Positions 1 to 10,590 of a stretch of DNA of 64,000 nt are shown here, one piece after another. Both the position numbers and the translations under genes were made by a program. The notes below the pieces were generated by a model that saw only the letters and a program-made list of their open reading frames with translations, ran no database searches and was not told the DNA's origin. This stretch comes from Anaeramoeba ignava BMAN (Eukaryota > Protista > Anaeramoebae), in NCBI GenBank assembly GCA_028826165.1, contig JAPDFW010000147.1:682001-746000 (forward strand). The letters are read 5' to 3'. Within the stretch, counting starts at the first letter, position 1, and each line of letters opens with the position of its first letter.

Positions 1-377
1 ATGAAAAAATTGAAGAAACAATGAAAAGAATTTATTTAAATGAAAATGAAAATGAAAAAGATTTTATTATTGAAAGAAAAGAAAAACAATATAAATTTCC
101 TAAATTAATATTAATAATGAGAAGTGAATTATATCGAGGAATGTTTTTATCTGTAACTGAAGATAAATCAAACAAAGTTACAGATTATAGTGAATTAAGT
201 AATAAATCATTTCAAATATTAGAATATTGGATTTATTCAAATCAAATTAAAGAAGGAATTGAAATTACAAAAGAAATAATTGATGAACTTCAAATTGGAA
301 TTGATTATTTTCAATTAAATCAAACAAATCCAAATTTATTTGATTTATTAATTAATAAATTTAATAATCAAAATTAA
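1..377 (+). CDS. RCC1-repeat/tandem-BTB protein, copy 1 (3' end only; 5' part lies outside the window)
   Basis: Frame is open from the window edge (EKIEETMKRIY...). Nearly identical to the C-terminal BTB of 2727..4538 (KLILIMRSELYRGMFLSV...DYFQLNQTNPNL). Confidence 0.88.
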   Translation, partial: EKIEETMKRIYLNENENEKDFIIERKEKQYKFPKLILIMRSELYRGMFLSVTEDKSNKVTDYSELSNKSFQILEYWIYSNQIKEGIEITKEIIDELQIGIDYFQLNQTNPNLFDLLINKFNNQN

Positions 378-520
378 AATTAAAATTAAAATTAAAATTA
401 AAATTAAAATTAAAATTAAAATTAAAAATTAAAATTAAAATAAAATCAAAATTAAAATTAAAATTAAAATTAAAATTAAAATTAAAATTAAAATTAAAAT
501 CAAAATTAAAATCAAAATTT
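374..520 (+). repeat. (TTAAAA)n spacer between RCC1-BTB copies 1 and 2; equivalent tracts at 2414-2695 and 4535-4645
   Basis: Direct reading; each tract begins at the TAA stop codon. Confidence 0.95.
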
Positions 521-555
521 CAAAAATATTTTTTTCATTTTTTTTCTTTTCAAAA

Positions 556-2417
556 ATGAATGATTGTTTATTTTTTGGAAGAAATCAATATCCAATTCTT
601 TTAAAAAATGAATCAGAAGTAATAACAAAACCAATTCAATTTAAATTTGAAAATGAAAATGAAAATGAAAATGAAAATGAAAATGAAAATGAAAATGAAA
701 ATGAAAATGAAAATGAAAATGAAAATGAAAATGAAAATGAAAATAAAAAACAAATTAAACAAATTTCATCAGGCTATTTTGCAACAATTTTCCTTTTTGA
801 AAATGGAAAAGCAATAGAATATTTAAAGGGAAATGATTCAAAACAAAATCCTGAAAAAATCCAAATTGAAGAAAATATTCAAAAAGTAACTGTTGGTTTT
901 GATAATGAAGCTATTTTAACAATAGAAGGAAATGTATTTGCCAAAGGAAATGATATTAATCGAAAAAAACCAAAAGAATTTATTAATATTTCATCATTAA
1001 TTGAAGATAAAAAAGATAGAATAATTCAAGATGTTGTTTCTGGATACAATTCAATTTACTTATTAACTTCAAATCAAAATGCTTATGGAATTGGTTCGAA
1101 TAGATTTGGTCAACTTGGTTTTGATTCTAAAACACTTTATAAAACAGAAAAACCAATTTTAATGATGAAAAATGTTTCTAAAATATTTTCAAGAAATTCT
1201 TCAAATCATGTTTTTCTTTTAAATTCAAAGCAACAATTATTTGGATGCGGAAATAATCAATCTGGTCAACTTGGATTAGGAGAATCAAGAAGAAAAGAAA
1301 CAAAAATCCAAAAATTAAACAAAATCCAAAATATTCCAAAAGGCAAAATAATTGATATTCAATGTGGATTTTCTAATTCAATAATGTTGATTGAGAATGA
1401 AAATCAAAATCAAAATCCAAAAAGAAAACTTTATTCATGTGGAGAATATCAATATAATGGACTTGGCAAAAATCGAGAAGATACTTATAAATTTACTGAA
1501 ATCAAATCATCTTTATTTGAAAATGATGATAATATTCTTGATTTTTCAGTTGGAAATTATCATAGTTTGATTTTAACTTCCAATTCAAAATTAATAGGAT
1601 TCGGAAGTAATTATTCAGGCCAATTAGGAAATGAAGATACAGGAAAAGATCAATTAATTCCAATTCAAATTGAACTTCCTAAATTAAGATTTAATGAAAA
1701 TATTTCTAATTATCATGTTCTTTTGTGGACATTTCAATTCATTTCTTTATTATTCTCCTTCTTCTTTTTCCAATCTTGAAGAAGATTTGATAAAACTATT
1801 TAGAAGAAAAGAATTTTGTGATATTTCATTTAAAACCGAAAATGGAGAAATAATTGAAGCTCATAAATTAATATTGAAATATAGATTAAATCAAAATCAA
1901 AATCAAATTGAAAAACTTAAAGAAATTATTTCAAAAAAATCAATTAAAGAATCAAATCAAATATTTGAAATGATTTATTCAAACAGAACAATAAATCCAA
2001 AATTATATTCTGAAATTAAAGAAATTATAAATTCAAATGAAAAAATTGAAGAAACAATGAAAAGAATTTATTTGAAAATGAAAAAAATGAAAATGAAAAG
2101 ATTTTATAATTGAAAGAAAAGAAAAACAATATAAATTTCCTAAATTAATATTAATAATGAGAAGTGAATTATATCGAGGAATGTTTTTATCTGTAACAAA
2201 TGATACTTCTAATAAAGTTACAGATTATAGTGAATTAAGTAATAAATCATTTCAAATATTAGAATATTGGATTTATTCAAATCAAATTAAAGATGAAATT
2301 CAAATTACACAAGAAATAATTGATGAAATTGAATTTGGAATTGATTATTTTCAATTAAATCAAACAAATCCAAATTTATTTGATTTATTAATTAATAAAT
2401 TTAATAATCAAAATTAA
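556..2417 (+). CDS. RCC1-repeat/tandem-BTB protein, copy 2; frameshifts at ~1721 and ~2075-2100 (assembly error or young pseudogene)
   Basis: ORFs 556..1779, 1694..2113 and 2157..2417 join into a protein collinear with copy 3. RCC1 motifs GxNxxGQLG and SVGxYHSLIL; BTB motif FCDISF...AHKLIL. Both breaks lie in T or A homopolymer/repeat runs. Confidence 0.82.
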
Positions 2418-2726
2418 AATTAAAATAAAAATTAAAATTAAAATTAAAATTAAAATTAAAATTAAAATTTAAAATTAAAATCAAAATTAAAATCAAAATC
2501 AAAATCAAAATCAAAATTAAAATTAAAATTAAAATTAAAATTTAAAATTAAAATTAAAAAAAAAAAATTAAAATTAAAATTAAAATTAAAATTAAAATTA
2601 AAAATAAAAATTAAAATTAAAATTAAAATAAAAATAAAAATTAAAATTAAAATTAAAATCAAAATTAAAATTAAAATTAAAATCAAAATTAAAAATTTAT
2701 TTTTTTCATTTTTTTTCTTTTTCAAA

Positions 2727-4538
2727 ATGAATGATTGTTTATTTTTTGGAAGAAATGAATATCCAATTCTTTTAAAAAATGAACCAGATACAATAACAAA
2801 ACCAATTCAATTTAAATTTGAAAATGAAAATGAAAATGAAAATGAAAATGAAAATAAAAAACAAATTAAACAAAATTCATCAGGTTATTTTTCAACAATT
2901 TTCCTTTTTGAAAATGGAAAAGCAATAGAATATTTATTTCAAAATGATCCAAATCAAAATCCTGAAAAAATCCAAATTGAAGAAAATATTCAAAAAGTAA
3001 CTGTTGGTGATTATAATGAAGCTGTTTTAACAATAGAAGGAAATGTATTTGCCAAAGGAAAAGATATAAATCCAAAAAAACCAAAAGAATTTATCAATAT
3101 TTCATCATTAATTGAAGATAAAAATGATAGAATAATTGAAGATATTGTTTCTGGACGGAATTCAATTTATTTATTAACTTCAAATAAAAATGCTTATGGA
3201 ATTGGTTCAAATAGATTTGGTCAACTTGGTTTTGATTCTAAAACACTTTATAAAACAGAAAAACCAATTTTAATGATGAAAAATGTTTCTAAAATATTTT
3301 CAGGAAATTCTTCTTATTTTTTTTTTCTTTTAAATTCAAATCAAGAATTATTTGGATGCGGATATAATCATTATGGTAAACTTGGACTAGGAGAATCAAG
3401 AAAAGAAGAATCAAAAATCCAAAAATTAACCAAAATCCAAAATATCCCAAAAGGTAAAATAATTGATATTCAATGTGGAGAACATCATTCAGTAATGCTA
3501 ATTGAAGATGAAAATCAAAATCAAAATCCAAAAAGAAAACTTTATTCATGTGGAGAATATCGATATAATGGACTTGGCAAAAATCGAGAAGATACTTATG
3601 AATTTACTGAAATCAAATCACCTTTATTTGAAAACGATGATAATATTCTTGATTTTTCAGTTGGAAGATATCATAGTTTGATTTTAACATTCAATTCAAA
3701 ATTAATAGGATTTGGAAGTAATTATTCAGGCCAATTAGGAACTGGAAATACAAAAGATCAATTAATTCCAATTCAAATTGAACTTCCTAAATTAAGATTT
3801 AATGAAAATATTTCTAATTATCATCTTTCTTGTGGATTTAACAAAGCATTTCTTTATTATTCTCCTTTCCTTTCTCCTTTTTCCAATCTTGAAGAAGATT
3901 TGATAAAACTATTTAGAAGAAAAGAATTTTGTGATATTTCATTTAAAACCGAAAATGGAGAAATAATTAAAGCTCATAAATTAATATTGAAATATAGATT
4001 AAATCAAAATGAAAATGAAATTGAAAAACTTAAAGAAATTATTTCAAAAAAATCAATTAAAGAATCAAATCAAATATTTGAAATGATTTATTCAAACAGA
4101 ATAATAAATCCAAAATTATATTCTGAAATTAAAGAAATTATAAATTCCAATGAAAAAATTGAAGAAACAATGAAAAGAATTTATTTAAATGAAAATGAAA
4201 ATGAAAATGAAAAAGATTTTATAATTGAAAGAAAAGAAAAACAATATAAATTTCCAAAATTAATATTAATAATGAGAAGTGAATTATATCGAGGAATGTT
4301 TTTATCTGTAACTGAAGATAAATCAAATAAAGTTACAGATTATAGTGAATTAAGTAATAAATCATTTCAAATATTTGAATATTGGATTTATTCAAATCAA
4401 ATTAAAGAAGAAATTCAAATTACACAAGAAATAATTGATGAAATTGAAATTGGAATTGATTATTTTCAATTAAATCAAACAAATCCAAATTTATTAGATT
4501 TATTAATTAATAAATTTAATAATCAAAATAAAAATTAA
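2727..4538 (+). CDS. RCC1-repeat (7-blade propeller)/tandem-BTB protein, copy 3; intronless, 603 aa
   Basis: RCC1 blades (GSNRFGQLG, GYNHYGKLG, CGEHHSVML, VGRYHSLIL, GSNYSGQLG), followed by BTB1 (EFCDISFK...AHKLILKYRL) and BTB2 (KDFIIE...KLILIMRSELYRGMF). Confidence 0.92.
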   Translation: MNDCLFFGRNEYPILLKNEPDTITKPIQFKFENENENENENENKKQIKQNSSGYFSTIFLFENGKAIEYLFQNDPNQNPEKIQIEENIQKVTVGDYNEAVLTIEGNVFAKGKDINPKKPKEFINISSLIEDKNDRIIEDIVSGRNSIYLLTSNKNAYGIGSNRFGQLGFDSKTLYKTEKPILMMKNVSKIFSGNSSYFFFLLNSNQELFGCGYNHYGKLGLGESRKEESKIQKLTKIQNIPKGKIIDIQCGEHHSVMLIEDENQNQNPKRKLYSCGEYRYNGLGKNREDTYEFTEIKSPLFENDDNILDFSVGRYHSLILTFNSKLIGFGSNYSGQLGTGNTKDQLIPIQIELPKLRFNENISNYHLSCGFNKAFLYYSPFLSPFSNLEEDLIKLFRRKEFCDISFKTENGEIIKAHKLILKYRLNQNENEIEKLKEIISKKSIKESNQIFEMIYSNRIINPKLYSEIKEIINSNEKIEETMKRIYLNENENENEKDFIIERKEKQYKFPKLILIMRSELYRGMFLSVTEDKSNKVTDYSELSNKSFQIFEYWIYSNQIKEEIQITQEIIDEIEIGIDYFQLNQTNPNLLDLLINKFNNQNKN

Positions 4539-4659
4539 AATTAAAATTAAAATTAAAATTAAAATTAAAATTAAAATTAAAATTAAAATTAAAATTAAAA
4601 TTAAAATCAAAATCAAAATCAAAATCAAAATTAAAATTAAAATTACTTTTTTTGAATTT

Positions 4660-7600
4660 TTATTTTCTATTGAGATATTCATCTTTAAAATATTGATTTG
4701 CTAATGAATGTTTGGAAAAAAATAAATCTAAAGAACTATTCTGATTTAATTGGAAATAATCTTTTGCTCTTTGAAAATATTCAATTTCAGAATTTTCAAA
4801 TGAAGAACATGAATCTAAATAAAGAAAATCAATTAAACTTTTCATAGTTTTTGAAGGAATTTCACTATAATCATGAACTTGGATTTGAATTATCAACAAC
4901 ACTAAGAAACATTCCTCTAAATAAATTAGATCTTGCAATTAAAATTAGTTTATGAACTTGAATTGTTGTTTCATCTGGGAAAATAATTGTGAAATCTTTT
5001 GATTTTTCATCTTGATAAAGTCTTTCTAAATCATGAATTAATCCAATTTTTCCTGATTTTTGAATAATCCAATTTTTAGAAAAACCTAAATTTTGAGCAA
5101 ATTTTTCAAGTAACTGGAAATGTTTTTCATAATTATTCATTTCAATAATTCCTGAATAAAGAAATTCAACAATAATTTCCATTTCTTGTTTTGGTGTTTC
5201 AAAAGCAAAATTTAAGAATTTTTGGAACATTTCCTTTTCCGATTGATTTTCCAAATATAATCTTGAAGTAATAATTAATTTATGAACTAAAATGAACCCA
5301 TATTTGCACTGAATTTTATAATCAGTTAATTCTTTTCTTTTGAATAACTTTAAAAAATCTTCTTGATAACTTTTATATGTTTGGAGTAATAATCTGCTGA
5401 ATATATAAGTATAGTAATTATTTTCTTGCTTTTTATTATTTTTTAAAAAGAAAGGGAAGAGAATTTAAATTGAGAAATTTGTTTGTGAAGTGAGAAAATA
5501 TTACTTGATCATTGTCTTCTGCTCCATACCAAAGCAAATATTCTCTATAACTGGAATTAGATCTGAGTAAATAAGAATTTTTTCTTATTAAATCAATGCA
5601 ATTTTGTGGATAATTTGGATTTGCACCTTGAGAAAGTAAAATTGGAATTAATTCTGCTTGATTTGATGATCTGCAAATAATTGATAAAGGAGTTTCTTTT
5701 GAATTGGTAACTGCATTTACATCCAAATTTAAAGTGAGTAAAAACTTGACTAATTGAACAAAGGATGGATGTTTGCTGCAAATTGAATGAAGAAGATTTT
5801 CATTTCTATTTGTTTTGACTTCACTATTAGCTCCATTCTTAATAAAAAAACCCAACAAATCATTCAATTCATCTTCTTTTATAGAATAAATATCAATCAA
5901 ATAATGAAGAACTTGAGAATTGTCAAATATAATTTTTTGTTTGTTTTCCAAAAGATTGTTTTCCAAAAAGAATTTGAATGTTTCCAAAGGATGACAATCA
6001 CGAATTGCATCGCTATTACGAATCCAATTGACAAAACTTGATTGGATAATTTCCTTTTTAACTCCTTTTTCAATAAACAATTTAATCACCTCCAAAGAAT
6101 GATTTCTATTTTGCAAATATAAAGAAAATGCACACATTTTTGAGTCATTAAACGAATTTAAATCTGCTCCATCTTCAATCAAATATCTAATCAACTCATC
6201 TTGAACATGGAAATTTGTGCAAGTGCAAATCAACGCATCTTCATTTTTATTATTTTTGTCATGAATACTTAATCCTTTTGATTTGAATATCTTCATTAAA
6301 TTTGGAATATCCACGAATTGGAAAGATGAAGAACCTGATTTACAAAAATGGTGCAATGCTGTATTTCCATTATAATCCTTTGCGAGAACATCTGCTCCTG
6401 ATTCAATAAGAAAGTCTATCTTGAACATTGATGGTGAATAATGGCATGCCATCATTAAAGGCGTATTTTGGTAACTGTCTTTATAATTTGCATCAGCTCC
6501 GTTTTTGAGGAAAAGCTCAAAATTCTCGAGCTGATGTGTAGATCTGCAAAAGCTCATAAATGCTGTGTTGATATCAACATTCATTTCAGGATGCTTTGAA
6601 AGTGTTTCAAGGATGTATTTGATCAAAGAAGAGCTATCAGGAGAGTGAGAAATGCAAGTTATCACACTTGTAAAATTTACTTCTCCTGATTTCAAAGATT
6701 TTTCAAACAGAAACTTAAATATCCCAAAATTCTTATACGAATATAAAAGTAATTTTTCTATAGAAATTTGTACAGAATAATAAGGAGGAGTCCGCTTCAA
6801 ATTTGTGATTTTATCTATAATCTTGATAATCTCAGAATTATGTTCCTCGTTTTTGCTGTTATTAAACAAATTTTTCCATTCTGTTTCCGATAATCGAGGC
6901 ATATTTTTGGCAGTGAAATCAATTCCTTTGAAAAGAAGAATCATTGTTTCTGATCTTTCTGGATTTTCGCTATAATCCCATTTGTGGAAATACTGCAATG
7001 CATATCTATTATAGCAATTTTGAATTGAGGGATTAACTCCTGATGAAATTAATAACTTGATGGTTTCATTTTCTAATTTGTTTTGACAAGCAAAATGAAG
7101 AGCTGTGTTTCCAAAATAATCTTCTGCATTCACATTAATTCCTTTTTGAATAACCAACTCAATTGTTTTGATGTTGTTCTTTGTGAAACATGCTCGATGA
7201 AGTAATGTTTGTTGTAAAAAATTTTTTTCATTGATTAAACTCGAATCAAGAGAAAGTGTAAATTTAATAATTTCAAAATATTTTGGATCCATAACAAAAG
7301 GGAATAATGATTTGCCAACACTCGCACCTTTTGAAACAAGAAATTTGATTTCTGGTATATTTTTTGGATAATTCTGTAGTAAATAAGTAAGAGAGTTTTT
7401 AAAATGTTTATCCTTTTCATTAATTTCAACTCCTTTATCAATCAATAATTGAAACAACTCAATATTTGGATTGTATTTTGCACAAATATCCATTAAATTT
7501 TCTCCATAAAAATTGTAAATATTAGTATCAGCTCCTTTTTCAATAAGCAATTTGATAATATCAATAGGTTGTTTATTGATAAATGCATAAAAAATAGGAG

Positions 7601-8027
7601 TTTGAAGTAAATTGTCTTTATCATTAATTCTCGCTCCTTTTTCCAAAATATAACTGATTAAAGATCCAGTTTCAGGACTTAAATGCCTCATTATATAAAA
7701 TAAAAGTGTTCGATTTTTTGAATCCTTTGCATCTAGATCAGCACCAGATTTAATAAGAAAATCAATAACTTCTGACGATTTTGATTCTCTTATTGCTGTT
7801 AATAAAGCTGTTTTTCTGCTTTTTAATGTTTTATAATTGATATTTGCTCCAGATTTTATTAATAATTGGATAACTTCAAATGGGGTTGATCTGTTTATTA
7901 ATGAAAGAGTTAAACATTTTGAAATTTGTTTTTGTGTTAATTCATTTTCTTTTAAAAAGTTTTGGATTGATTCAATTTTGTTTTCTTTTAATAATTTTTG
8001 AAAAGTTGAAAAGATTTCAAAATCCAT
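4660..8027 (-). CDS. Ankyrin-repeat/tandem-BTB protein; exons 8027-5505 and 5428-4660, with one 1-nt frameshift at ~4881
   Basis: Many ankyrin repeats (GADLDAKD, QTPIFYA, GNTALHFAC, NTPLMMAC). GT-AG intron 5504-5429 joins in frame to YQEDFLKLFKRKELTDYKIQC...VHKLII. Second BTB: KDFTII...VHKLILIARSNLFRGMF. Confidence 0.86.
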
Positions 8028-8102
8028 TTTTTTATTTTTGAAATGAAAAAAAAATTCAAAATGAAAAAATGAAAAAATTCTTTTCTGTTTTTTTTTTAAA
8101 AT

Positions 8103-9691
8103 TCATTTGAGAATTGTTTGAATTGCTTTTTCTGGATCACAATCATTTTGAATCAAAGCTTGTTTAACTGAATTTTCATCAAAACCAAAATCTTTTATTT
8201 GGTCAAAAGCTTTTAAAAAACGTTCCACTTTTTGTTTATCATTTTGGAAATAATTCAAAGCATCAATAGTAATATTTCGAGAATAACCCAAATTTACAAA
8301 ATAACTCAATGTATTTTGCTTTTTGAATAAAAAAAAAAAACAATCAAAATAAGTTAAAATGAATAAAAAAAAATTATTTTTGAATTTATATATTAAAAAT
8401 TTCACTTACAAATTCTTTTGGGAATTTTTCTTGTTTGATTGGATTTGGATTTTGATAAGTTGGTTTATAAAGTTGGGTTTCTTTATTTGCATTTTGATTT
8501 TGATAATAATTTGAATAAAGATTTGGATTTGGATTTGGATTTGGATTTTGATAAAGATTTGGATTTGGATTTTGATTTGGATTTTGATTTGGATTTGGAT
8601 TTGGATTTTGATATTGATATTGATATTGATAAAAATTTGGATATGATTTTGAATTTTGATAAAGATTTGAATATAAATTTGAATATGAATTTGGATTTGG
8701 ATTTGGATTTGGATTTGGATTTGGATTTGGATTTGGATTTAGATTTGGATTTGGATTTTCATAAAGTTTTAAATTTGGATTTGAATATAAATTTGGACTT
8801 GAATGTAAATTTGGATTTGAATATAAATTTGGGTTTGAATATAAATTTGGATTTGAATATAAATTTGGATTTGAATAAGCATTTTGTTGAGGCTGTTCTT
8901 GATTCTGTCTTTCTTTTTCCAATCTTTCCTGTTCCAATCTTTCGTTTTCTAGTTTTTCTCTTGCTAATCTTTCTTTTTCCAATCTTTCTCTTTCAATTCT
9001 TTCTTTTTCAATTCTTTCCCTTTCAATTCTTTCTCTTTCAATCCTTTCTTTTTCAAATCTTTCTTTTTCAATTCTTTCTCTTTCCAATCTTTCTTCATTT
9101 AGAATTTTATCGAGAATGAGTTTTTCTTCTTCTTTCATTTTTTGGATTTCTTCTTTTCGAATTTTTTCTTCTTCTTGTTTTTGCAATTCAATTTCTGCTT
9201 TTCTTAATTGTTCGCTTTTAAACATTGATTCTTTTTCTTCTTTTTGTTTTAATTTTTGATTTTCTTCTCTTTCAAGCATTTCTAAAACCATTTTTTCTTC
9301 TTCCATTTCTCTTTTTATTCTTTTTTCTCTTTCTTCTCTTTCCATTTTTTCATATTCTGTTTGTGCCATAAGTTTATTTATTGCTTCAATTGTTTCTTTT
9401 TCAAGTTTGAAATCATAATTTGGAAGTTCTCCATCAATTCGTGGAAGAACAATTTGTGTTGTCTTTTTATTATAAAATGATTTAATTTAATTTAAATTTT
9501 AATTTTAATTTTAATTTTAATTTTAATTTTAATTTTAATTTTAATTTTAATTTTAATTTTAATTTTAATTTTAATTTTAATTTTAATTTTAATTTTAATT
9601 TTAATTTTAATTTTAATTTTAATTTTAATTTTACATTTTGAGGGAGAAACTTTGGATCAATTTTTATCCAAGAAAATTCAAATAAATTCAT
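8103..9691 (-). CDS. UBAP1: UBAP1-like ESCRT-I subunit (N-terminal UMA domain, coiled coil, N/P/Y/Q-rich linker, C-terminal overlapping UBAs); exons 9691-9635, 9462-8410, 8318-8103; 441 aa
   Basis: Spliced N-terminus WIKIDPKFLPQNTTQIVLP...NYDFKLEKETIE resembles the UBAP1 UMA signature YDFSLEKKTIE. C-terminus VNLGYSRNITIDAL...FDQIKDFGFDENSVKQALIQNDCDPEKAIQTIL is SOUBA-like. Both introns are GT-AG and keep the frame. Confidence 0.72.
9463..9634 (-). repeat. UBAP1 intron 1, filled with (TTAAAA)n on the sense strand
   Basis: GT...AG boundaries around a near-perfect hexamer array. Confidence 0.9.
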
Positions 9692-9774
9692 TTTATTAAA
9701 ACAAAAACTGAAAAAAAAATGAAAAATGAAAAATGAAAAAATGAAAAAATAAAAAAATAAATTAAAGTAATTGA

Positions 9775-10590
9775 AATCAAAAATCAAATTAAATCAAATC
9801 AAATTAAATCATTTTATTCCAAAAATTAAATCAAATCAAATTAATTTATTCCAAAAATCAAATTAAATTAAATTAAATCAATTTATTCCAAAAATCAAAT
9901 CAAATTAAATCAATTCAATTTATTTCAAAAATCAAATTAAATCAAATCAATTCATTCCAAAAATCAAATTAAATCAAATCAAATTAAATCAAATTAAATC
10001 AAATCAATTTATTCCAAAAATCAAATTAATTCAAATCAAATTAAATCAATTTATTCCAAAAATCAAATCAAATCAAATCAAATTAAATCAAATTAAATTA
10101 AATCAAATTATTCCAAAAATCAATTCAAATCAAATCAAATCAAATTAAATCAAATCAAATTAAATCAAATTAAATCAAATCAATTTATTTCAAAAATCAA
10201 ATTAAATCAAATCAAATTAAATCAAATTAAATCAAATTAAATCAAATCAATTCAAACTCAAATTAAATCAAATCAATTTATTCCAAAAATCAAATTAAAT
10301 CAAATTAAATTAAATTAAATCAATTTATTCCAAAAATTAAATCAATTTATTCCAAAAATCAAATCAAATTAAATCAAATCAATTTAAATCAATTTATTCC
10401 AAAAATCAAATTAAATCAAATCAATTCATTCCAAAAATCAAATTAAATCAAATCAAATCAAATCAATTTATTCCAAAAATCAATTTAAATCAAATCAATT
10501 TATTCCAAAAATCAAATTAAATTCATTCCAAAAATCAATCCAAAAAATCAATTTAAATTCATTCCAAAAAATTAATTCAAAAATCAAAAT
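9775..10590. repeat. Intergenic compound satellite of AAATC/AAATT pentamers interspersed with AATTTATTCCAAAAATC
   Basis: Direct reading. Confidence 0.9.

Noticed and set aside
360-520. TAA reassigned to Gln (as in hexamitid diplomonads), since CAA AAT runs continue as TAA AAT
   Set aside because: ORFs of 950-1376 codons in this AT-rich DNA contain no in-frame TAA or TAG, and conserved proteins end at TAA, TAG and TGA. The standard code fits.
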